Of a stretch of DNA of 64,000 bases, positions 18,427 through 25,936 are shown piece after piece (position 1 is the first letter of the stretch; every line of letters begins with the position of its first letter). The notes beneath the pieces are model-generated. The model had not been told where the DNA came from. It worked only from the letters and a program-made list of their open reading frames with translations, and made no database searches. The stretch lies in assembly GCA_965219685.1 (NCBI GenBank), contig CBDCOH010000002.1, positions 3,872,001 through 3,936,000 of the forward strand, read 5' to 3'. Source of the DNA: Candidatus Spongiisociaceae bacterium. Lineage in GTDB: Bacteria; Actinomycetota; Acidimicrobiia; Spongiisociales; Spongiisociaceae. Both the position numbers and the translations under genes were made by a program.

Positions 18427-19239
18427 GTGGGCTCCTCGGGCCCTGCATCTTCTACCAGCCGCCAGGTTGCCGTCATCACGGGCGCGGCCGGGGCGATCGG
18501 CGCGGCGATTGCCCGTACCTTCGTCGTCGCGGGTATCCGGGTGGTTCTCGGGGATGTGAGAGATGCAGAGCTGCGCCGGTTGGCGACCGAACTCGGGGGC
18601 AGTTCCGTTGCGGTGGCCTGCCCGGCCGACGTGAGTCGGCCGGACGACTTGCGCCGACTGGTAGCAACGGCTCCCGAGACCTTCGGCAGGCTGGATGCCC
18701 TGGTCAACGTGGCCGGGATCACCCACGTCGACGACATCCTGGACATCTCGCTGGATACGTGGCGCCACGTTCTGGCGGTCAACCTGGAGGCTCCACTGCT
18801 GGCATCGCAGCAGGCGGCTCGGATCATGTCGGCGCAGGACATCGACCCCGACACCGAGAGACGGGGAATCATCGTCAACATCAGCTCGCAGGGCGCCGAG
18901 TTCCCGATCCCGACTTCTGTGGCATACGGCGCCAGCAAGGCGGCGCTCAACTATCTCTCGAGAACTCTCGCCGCGGCACTCGAGCAGAGCGCCATCGCCA
19001 GCACCGTCGTCTACCCGGGTATGGTCTACGAGGGCATGTGGAAGTGGGTGAACAGGCAGCGAGGCCAGTTGTGGGGGCACGATTTCGATGAAGTGGTCCG
19101 GCGGGACCTCGCGGAGACACCGACCGGTAGCTTCCAGGATCCCGCGGAGCTGGCGCGGATAGTGCTCTACGCCGTTGCAACTCCCGGGATGGTGACTAGC
19201 GGCAGGATCATCTGGTCCGAAGCCCATCTCGAATGGTGA
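18427..19239 (+). CDS. SDR family oxidoreductase
   Basis: TGAAGAIG, NVAG, YGASK. Confidence 0.88.
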   Translation: MGSSGPASSTSRQVAVITGAAGAIGAAIARTFVVAGIRVVLGDVRDAELRRLATELGGSSVAVACPADVSRPDDLRRLVATAPETFGRLDALVNVAGITHVDDILDISLDTWRHVLAVNLEAPLLASQQAARIMSAQDIDPDTERRGIIVNISSQGAEFPIPTSVAYGASKAALNYLSRTLAAALEQSAIASTVVYPGMVYEGMWKWVNRQRGQLWGHDFDEVVRRDLAETPTGSFQDPAELARIVLYAVATPGMVTSGRIIWSEAHLEW

Positions 19240-19341
19240 ACCTGTTGGACCTCGCCCGCGGGCCTTGCGACGGCCGCCCTTGCCGGCGCATGCCGCTCCG
19301 CTGCTCCACAGCCTGACCACGAGAGAGAACGGAAGGAACTC

Positions 19342-20481
19342 ATGCTAATCGAGTCGGTGGAACCGCTCCTTTTCTACCAGTGGCTGGTGGTCCGGATAGA
19401 GACCGACAGCGGCATAGTCGGCTACGGGCCGGCGGCCCATTGGGGATTCCCGGAGTCCGTGGAGCGGATCGTCAACTCATTCCGGGACAAGCTGGTGGGT
19501 AGCGATCCGCTGCGGATCGAGCAGCACTGGGACCGCCACTTCCACTGGAAGCCCTTCCGTGACGGGGTGCTAACCGCGGCCATCGCCGCGGTCGACATCG
19601 CGCTCTGGGACATCGCCGGGCGGCACTTCGGCGTGCCTGCCTACCAGTTGCTGGGCGGGAAGCAGCGCGACAGTGCCCGGCTCCACCTTCTCGTGTTCGA
19701 CGGACCCAACTCATCGGTCGAAGAACTGGTGGAAGCGGTGAGCGACGCTATATCGCAGGGCTACACGGCGGTCAAGATAGATGCCCTGCCCGACTATCTC
19801 GTCGAGAAGCAGCAGACGTACAGCGGAACGCTTCAGGTGGTCGTGGACCGGGTCGCTGCGGTCCGCGAGACCATAGGGTGGGATCGTGACCTGATCCTCG
19901 AGATACACCGGGATCTCAGCCCGGGCGAAGTGGTGGCGCTGACCACGGAACTGGAGCGCTTCCGCCTCTACTACATCGAGGATCCGATCCCGCCCCACAG
20001 CGTCGATTCCCATGGAGATGTCGTCCGCAAGATGCGAGTCCCGGTGGGAGCGGGCGAGCGCGCCAACACCATCTGGGAGTTCCGCGAGCTGCTGAGCCGG
20101 GGAGTCGGCTTCCTGCGGCCTGACATCGGCCTGGCCGGTGGTCTGACCCACTGCCGCAAGATCGCCGCGCTGGCTGAGTCGTTCCACGCCGAGGTGATCG
20201 CCCACAACGCCTTCTCGCCGTTGCTCACCGCCGCCACCCTGCAGCTCTATGCCTCGATACCCAACTGCGGGACCCTCGAGTTCATACCGTGGGAGGAGGA
20301 ACCTCCTCGGACGGAGATGCTCAGGACTCCGTTGACCCGTGAGGGCGGCTTCATGGTGGTTCCGGAGGGTCCCGGGCTGGGCGTAGATCTGGACCCGGCC
20401 ATCCTCGAGCTCCCGTACGCCCGCTGGAAGTATCCGGAGGATGTCCGGATGCGCGACGACGGCTCGGTGTTCAGGAAGTAG
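19342..20481 (+). CDS. Mandelate racemase family enzyme (galactonate dehydratase-like)
   Basis: DIALWDIAG, EIH, IEDP, GER, PDIGLAGG, PEGPGLGVDL. Confidence 0.88.
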   Translation: MLIESVEPLLFYQWLVVRIETDSGIVGYGPAAHWGFPESVERIVNSFRDKLVGSDPLRIEQHWDRHFHWKPFRDGVLTAAIAAVDIALWDIAGRHFGVPAYQLLGGKQRDSARLHLLVFDGPNSSVEELVEAVSDAISQGYTAVKIDALPDYLVEKQQTYSGTLQVVVDRVAAVRETIGWDRDLILEIHRDLSPGEVVALTTELERFRLYYIEDPIPPHSVDSHGDVVRKMRVPVGAGERANTIWEFRELLSRGVGFLRPDIGLAGGLTHCRKIAALAESFHAEVIAHNAFSPLLTAATLQLYASIPNCGTLEFIPWEEEPPRTEMLRTPLTREGGFMVVPEGPGLGVDLDPAILELPYARWKYPEDVRMRDDGSVFRK

Positions 20482-20510
20482 CCACCCGGGACCCGACCGG
20501 GACCGGAACG

Positions 20511-21410
20511 TCAGATGCGGTAGTAACGCTCCGCATTCCGCGCGAAGAGTTTGTCCTGCTCGTCAGAGGAGAAGTCGGCGATCACCCGGCGGTAGGCCTC
20601 CAGCAGGGTGTCGAAGTCGCTGTACAGGCGGTCCACCGGCCAGTTCGTGCCGAACATGCACCGGTCCACTCCGAATATGTCGATGGTCTCGAGGATCCAC
20701 GGGCGGATGCTGTCGACGGTCCAGTTCCGGTCCCGCATGCCGAGCCCCGAGATCTTGACAACCATGTTGGGCGCCCGGGCGAACGTCTCCATACCCATAC
20801 GCCACTGGCGGAAGCACTCGACCGTCCTCTCGTAGGGGAGGCCGGTGTGGGTGACCACTACCAACATGTCCGGGAAGGAGCGCGCCAACCGTAACCCGGC
20901 GCCGGCCCGCTCCCACTCGCCGTTCAGGTCGAAGGAGAGGCCGCGTCGCGCCAGCTCGGCTACTCCCCGCCGGAAGTCCGGTTCGTCCAGCATGTCGTCG
21001 TGACCCATCATGCGGACACCCCGCATGTTCGCGCTCTCGCAATGACGGTCCAACTCCTCGCCCGCGTCCGGGCTCCGGAAGTCGGTGTGGGCGACGATCC
21101 CGTGCGGGAAGCCGTGGACATCAGCGATCGATTGGAGCCATCTGGTCTCGACGGTCGGGTCCGGCCCGCTGAAGTCCGCCTGCACATGGACCGACTTGAC
21201 CACGTTCTGGGGTGCGTAGTCGGCGAGCAGGTCCTCGATCAGGTAGTCCTGCCTGATGGATGCGTAATCACCCAGGTAGTCCGTCTCCCCCGGAGTGCCG
21301 TCCCCGGTCAGCCACGCGTAGGGAAACGAGTCGAGATCCCACAGGTGGTGATGGGTGTCTACGAGTGCCGGGGTCGGTTCCACACCCGCGGAGGATAGCG
21401 TTCGACACAC
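20511..21410 (-). CDS. Amidohydrolase_2 family protein (L-fucono-1,5-lactonase-like); true start may be a few codons downstream
   Basis: DTHHHLWD, SVHVQA, HTGLP, VKISG, FGVDRCMFGTNWP. Confidence 0.88.
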   Translation of the reverse strand: MCRTLSSAGVEPTPALVDTHHHLWDLDSFPYAWLTGDGTPGETDYLGDYASIRQDYLIEDLLADYAPQNVVKSVHVQADFSGPDPTVETRWLQSIADVHGFPHGIVAHTDFRSPDAGEELDRHCESANMRGVRMMGHDDMLDEPDFRRGVAELARRGLSFDLNGEWERAGAGLRLARSFPDMLVVVTHTGLPYERTVECFRQWRMGMETFARAPNMVVKISGLGMRDRNWTVDSIRPWILETIDIFGVDRCMFGTNWPVDRLYSDFDTLLEAYRRVIADFSSDEQDKLFARNAERYYRI

Positions 21411-21587
21411 GGTGACCCTGCCCGCCTGGCGACACTCGATGGTAGGAGACCGTCCATCAACCGCCGTGTTCCACAGCTCTAGTCGCGTTTCTATCGCTAC
21501 CGACTGCCGCTATTGTGCTTACTAATCAATTATGACTAATATTATCTCCTCAACTTTTCACACTGCTATCGAAAGGGATGGACACCA

Positions 21588-21947
21588 ATGGGGGCTACCT
21601 ACGTCGAAGTGACGGTTCGCAATCCCGCCGGTCTCGGCAGGTCATGGACCGGTTCGTTCCTGGCGGACATGGGCGCTTACGACTCGATGGCGCCGAGATC
21701 GGTTCTTGAGGCGATCGGGCTCGAACCGGTGTCCACCCGCGAGTACGAGTTGGCCGACGGCACCATCGTCACCTACGACATCTGTGCCGCGGTGCTCGAG
21801 TTCGAGGGGGTGTTCGTCGCCAACATGGTCATCTTCGGCGAGGAGGGAGTCGAGCCGCTGCTCGCGGTGACGGCCCTCGAGTCAGGCGGCTTCCAGATGG
21901 ATCCCCGGCGCGAGGAACTGAAGCGTCTGCCGACATCGCGTTTGTAG
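21588..21947 (+). CDS. Clan AA (retropepsin-like) aspartic protease homolog with degenerate active site
   Basis: YVEVTVRNP, LADMGA (canonical LVDTGA), YELADG, PLLAVTALE. Confidence 0.75.
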   Translation: MGATYVEVTVRNPAGLGRSWTGSFLADMGAYDSMAPRSVLEAIGLEPVSTREYELADGTIVTYDICAAVLEFEGVFVANMVIFGEEGVEPLLAVTALESGGFQMDPRREELKRLPTSRL

Positions 21948-22015
21948 CGTGGGCATCGACGGGAACCGGTCCCGGGTTCAACATTGACGCCGCGCGGCGT
22001 CACCAATAGCGGCGC

Positions 22016-22447
22016 TCAGGCGAGTTCGTAGTCGAGGACGTAGGAGTGCTTACCCTCGTCGTTGTCGATCTGTAGCGTCCCGGAGATTCCGGCCAGTTCT
22101 CCGGTGCCCGAGTCCGGCACGATCGTGACCGCAAGCCGGGCATCGCCCCTGTCCATCACTCCGCTGTGCTGGAGCACGAAGGAGCCCGACTTTCCGCCCA
22201 CCGAGCCCGTGAAGTGCTCGATGGCCACGTAGCCGGCCGAACCGGGTGTACCGGTGAAGGCTGCGATCATCTGAGCCTCCGAGCCGCCGACCATGTCGCC
22301 GGAGAACTCCTTGCGCACGACGCTGCGGTTCAGCTTCAGCCCGTCCTGTTCCAGGAACGGTGGCTCGGGCTCGATGTTGACATCCATGGGTCCGCGGGCC
22401 GTGGGCATGACCACATCCTCCACCTCGTGTCGCGACATGCTAGCCAA
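22016..22447 (-). CDS. DUF3224 domain protein
   Basis: GSAGYVAIEHFTGSVGGKSGSFVLQH, IVPDSGTGELAGISG. Confidence 0.85.
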   Translation of the reverse strand: MASMSRHEVEDVVMPTARGPMDVNIEPEPPFLEQDGLKLNRSVVRKEFSGDMVGGSEAQMIAAFTGTPGSAGYVAIEHFTGSVGGKSGSFVLQHSGVMDRGDARLAVTIVPDSGTGELAGISGTLQIDNDEGKHSYVLDYELA

Positions 22448-22573
22448 CGACGGGTGTCCCGCAGATATGCGCGGACTCGGACGTCGGTGCTCGCCGGCAC
22501 CGCCAACTCCGGCCTGCCGGCCCTGCTCCGGTGACTGCGTGATCCCCAGCCTCCGGGTGAGTTAAGCGAATGG

Positions 22574-22610
22574 ATCGACATCTGTCTATATAGGTGATAG
22601 TCTATATATT
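22574..22610 (+). promoter_or_regulatory. Putative ArsR operator/promoter (ATCGACATCTGTCTAT and TATATAG-N8-CTATATA)
   Basis: Imperfect palindromes in an AT-rich tract upstream of the permease-arsR pair. Confidence 0.5.
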
Positions 22611-22656
22611 CTATGCGGACTCGACCTATGTGGGGACCAATCGGACAGGCGATCCC

Positions 22657-23610
22657 ATGGATCGGCTAGCGGCGTTGCTGGTTCAGGTTGGTGGCGACAT
22701 CGTGTCCACCCTGCGGTTGACCTGGCCGTTCCTTCTCGTCTCCATCGTCGCCGCGGCCGCCCTGGCCACATTTGTCGGGACCGAACGCCTGGAGGCATGG
22801 TTGCGGCGGCGTATCTGGGTGGGAGTAGTAGGAGCGGTGGCACTGGCCAGCCTTACCCCCTTCTGTTCCTGCGGGACCACCGCGGTGATCATCGCCGGAA
22901 TGGCCTCCTCGACACCCTGGGCGCCATTGGTAGCGTTCATGGTGTCCTCCCCGCTCACCAGTCCCGCGGAGTTGCTGCTGTCGGCCGGACTCATGGGCTG
23001 GCCCTTCGCCCTCGTTTTCTTTGTCGGAACGATCGTCATCGGGCTGGCGGCGGGAGGGCTGACCGCCGTCATCGAGCGGTCCGACTGGCTTCGCGACCAA
23101 GCGCGCGTACGGACGTCGGCGTCCCGATGCGCGGAGGCGTGCGAGTCCCGCGTCTCTTCCGGACCGGGGACTGCGTCGGCGCGCGAGTTGGAGCTCGGGA
23201 CGGCCGGGTTACGGCGGTTCGGACGGGAGGTGGCGGTGACGGGACGGCGTCTCCTCGTCTTCTTCCTCGTGTTCACGGCGGTCGGATACCTGGTGATAAG
23301 GGCTATCCCGACCGCCTGGGTGACCGACCTTCTGGGCCGAGGTTCTGCAGGTGCGATCCCGCTGGCGGCGCTTGTGGGCATTCCGTCCTACGTGAACACA
23401 GAGGCCTCGCTACCGCTGGTCGCAGCCCTCGTCGACGGGGGGATGGGCACCGGGGCCGCCCTGGCATTCCTCGTGACCGGCGCCGGGGCCAGTGTCGGGT
23501 CGGTGTCGGGGTTGCTGGTCATTGCCCGGCGAAGGGTGGTTACCCTCGTGGTAGGCACCCTGCTGGTGGGTGGGGTCCTGCTGGGATGGCTCGGCGAGAT
23601 GATCCTGTAG
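22657..23610 (+). CDS. ArsP/DUF318-type permease
   Basis: TPFCSCG, AFMVSSPL, GIPSY and GAALAFLVTG motifs; many TMs. Confidence 0.85.
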   Translation: MDRLAALLVQVGGDIVSTLRLTWPFLLVSIVAAAALATFVGTERLEAWLRRRIWVGVVGAVALASLTPFCSCGTTAVIIAGMASSTPWAPLVAFMVSSPLTSPAELLLSAGLMGWPFALVFFVGTIVIGLAAGGLTAVIERSDWLRDQARVRTSASRCAEACESRVSSGPGTASARELELGTAGLRRFGREVAVTGRRLLVFFLVFTAVGYLVIRAIPTAWVTDLLGRGSAGAIPLAALVGIPSYVNTEASLPLVAALVDGGMGTGAALAFLVTGAGASVGSVSGLLVIARRRVVTLVVGTLLVGGVLLGWLGEMIL

Positions 23611-23629
23611 CCGTGGGAGGTCTGCACAG

Positions 23630-23947
23630 ATGTCGAACATGACCGAATGCGCCCCGATCGTTGACGAACCCTTGGCGGACGCCCAGGCCCGCCAACTCGC
23701 CCGCTGGTTCGGGGTGCTGGCGGATCCCACCAGGCTCCGGCTGCTCAGCCTCATCGGCGCCAAGGGCGAGGCGTGCGCGGCGTGCGAGATGGTCGAGCCG
23801 CTCGGGGTGTCCCAGCCCACCGTCAGCCACCACCTCAAGGTGCTGAGACGGGCCGGCCTCGTGGTGTCGGAGAAGCGTGGTCGCTGGGTCTACTACCGGA
23901 CCGTTCCGGAGCGCCTGGCCGCGCTCAGCCGCATACTCCGGGCCTGA
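23630..23947 (+). CDS. arsR: ArsR/SmtB family metalloregulator
   Basis: LADPTRLRLL, CAAC, SQPTVSHHLKVL, GRWVYY. Confidence 0.9.
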   Translation: MSNMTECAPIVDEPLADAQARQLARWFGVLADPTRLRLLSLIGAKGEACAACEMVEPLGVSQPTVSHHLKVLRRAGLVVSEKRGRWVYYRTVPERLAALSRILRA

Positions 23948-24030
23948 CGGCGGAGGCCGGGAGGAGTCGCCATTTCAGGATGTGGCAACTGTTTCCGGTC
24001 AGCGGGAGACACCGTTACCATGCGCGACCG

Positions 24031-25320
24031 ATGAAGAGATCTTCCACCCGGTATTCCGCAGCCGGGCTGCTTTCCATGGGCGTCCGAAGGAGAACCTGGC
24101 CTCGAGTATGGCGGGAGATGCCCCTGCGGAGCAGCTACGACGTCGTGGTCATCGGCGGTGGCGTGCACGGGCTGGCCACGGCCTACTACCTGGCCGCCAA
24201 CCACGGCATAACCGATGTCGCCGTGCTCGAGAAGTCCTACCTGGGGAGCGGGGGATCCGGCCGCAACACGGCCATTCTGCGATCCAACTACCTGACACCC
24301 GAAGGCGTGGTCTTCTACGACCGCTCCCTGGAGCTGTACGGGAACCTGGCGACCGACCTGAACATGAACGTGATGTTCTCCCAACGAGGTCACATAACCC
24401 TCGCGCACAGCGACGCGTCGCTGCGGACCATGCACTGGAGAGCCGAGGTCAACAAGCTCCAGGGTGTCGACTCGAGTGTCATCGGACCCGCCCGGATCAA
24501 GCAGTTGGCGCCTTCGCTCGACACGTCGAGCCACCCCCGCTATCCGATCCTTGGCGCCCTCTACCACCCGCCCGGAGGCATCATCCGCCATGACGCCGTG
24601 GTGTGGGGATACGCGCGGGGCGCCGACTCCCTGGGCGTGGAGATGCACCAGAAGACGGAGGTGGTCGACATACTGGTCGAGGGTGGCGACGGACCGGGCG
24701 GCAAGGGTCCCGGCGGAAGGGTCACCGGGGTTCGCACCAACCGTGGCGATGTCTCGGCACCCGTGGTGGTGAACTGCACCGCCGGGTGGGCCACGCTGAT
24801 CTCCGACATGGTCGGCGTCGGGCTACCCATCAGCACCCGCCCCCTGCAGGCCGCGGTCACCGAGCCGGTCAAGGTGTTCCTTCCCGTGGTGGTGGTCTCG
24901 GGAACGCTGCACGTGTACGTAAGCCAGACCGCCCGCGGCGAGCTGGTGTTCGGCGCCTCGGTAGATCCCTACAACACCTACAGCATCCGCGGTTCGCTGG
25001 ATTTCACCGAGGCCACGGCGGGACACCTGCTCGAGCTCATGCCCGGCATCTCCCGCATGCGCCTGCTGCGCCAGTGGGCAGGCCTCTGCGACATGACCCC
25101 CGACTACTCGCCGGTGATGGGCTTCACCCCCGTGGAGGGGTTCCTGTGCGATGTCGGATGGGGCACCTACGGCTTCAAGGCGGGTCCCGTATCGGGCGAG
25201 CAGATGGCCGAGGCGATCGCCACGCAGAGGACCCCGGACCTGATCGCTCCCTTTTCCCTGTCCCGCTTCGAGAGCGACTCCCTCGTCGGCGAAAAGGGCG
25301 CCGCGGCCGTGGGGCACTAG
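24031..25320 (+). CDS. soxB: Sarcosine oxidase beta / N-methylglutamate dehydrogenase subunit A (MgdA-like) FAD oxidoreductase
   Basis: GGGVHG, GRNTAILRSNY, RHDAVVWGYA, WGTYGFK, GAAAVGH end; first gene of the BDAG cluster. Confidence 0.88.
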   Translation: MKRSSTRYSAAGLLSMGVRRRTWPRVWREMPLRSSYDVVVIGGGVHGLATAYYLAANHGITDVAVLEKSYLGSGGSGRNTAILRSNYLTPEGVVFYDRSLELYGNLATDLNMNVMFSQRGHITLAHSDASLRTMHWRAEVNKLQGVDSSVIGPARIKQLAPSLDTSSHPRYPILGALYHPPGGIIRHDAVVWGYARGADSLGVEMHQKTEVVDILVEGGDGPGGKGPGGRVTGVRTNRGDVSAPVVVNCTAGWATLISDMVGVGLPISTRPLQAAVTEPVKVFLPVVVVSGTLHVYVSQTARGELVFGASVDPYNTYSIRGSLDFTEATAGHLLELMPGISRMRLLRQWAGLCDMTPDYSPVMGFTPVEGFLCDVGWGTYGFKAGPVSGEQMAEAIATQRTPDLIAPFSLSRFESDSLVGEKGAAAVGH

Positions 25321-25423
25321 GAGTGGCCTGCCCATGGAACAGCCAGCCGTTCCCTGCTCGCCGGCGACGCCTCTCGCTGCGTTCCATGGACCGACCACTG
25401 GTCCGGATCGTGGTTGGCGAGTC

Positions 25424-25635
25424 CGTGTCACACCCTCGTTCTACGTTGTTGGATAACCGTAAGCACCAGTGGTCCGGCTCCCGGCGTCGACCGGACCGCG
25501 CGAGGGAACATATCGTTGTGGCCGCTCCGCTCAGGGGGCCCAGGCGGGACGCGTCCGACACCAAGGTGGTGGCGGCTGGGGGAGGGCCCGATGGGGGAGG
25601 GGTGCTAGGCGGTGGCGGTTTTCGCGCTCTTGGTC
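25424..25635 (+). repeat. Dispersed ORF-less structured element, diverged copy B
   Basis: TGTCAC-N10-TACGTT start; conserved blocks GGTCCG..CGGACC, GACGCGT, GGTGGCGGyTGGGGGwGGGCCCGA, GGCGGTTTTCGCG. Confidence 0.7.
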
Positions 25636-25663
25636 TGACCGGGCGCCTTCCCGAGGGGTGCCC

Positions 25664-25936
25664 GTGCTGATCGTTCCGTGCCCCAACTGCGGCCCCCGGA
25701 ACTCTGCCGACCTGCGCTACGTGGGGGAGTCCCGTCCCAGACCTGATCCCAACTCGGCCACTGCCGCCGAGTGGCGCGCCTACCTGTACGAGAGGGCGAA
25801 CCCCGCAGGAATGTTGCGTGAGACCTGGTACTGCCGCTCCGGCTGCCGCCGCTACTTCACACTCGAACGCGACACCGTCACCAACGAGTTCGCCGACCCG
25901 CCGACACCTGTCCCCAAGATCGGGAAGAGGCCGTGA
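25664..25936 (+). CDS. soxD: Sarcosine oxidase delta / MgdB-like subunit
   Basis: PCPNCGPR, YLYERANPAG, GCRRYF..RDTVTNE. Confidence 0.88.
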   Translation: MLIVPCPNCGPRNSADLRYVGESRPRPDPNSATAAEWRAYLYERANPAGMLRETWYCRSGCRRYFTLERDTVTNEFADPPTPVPKIGKRP

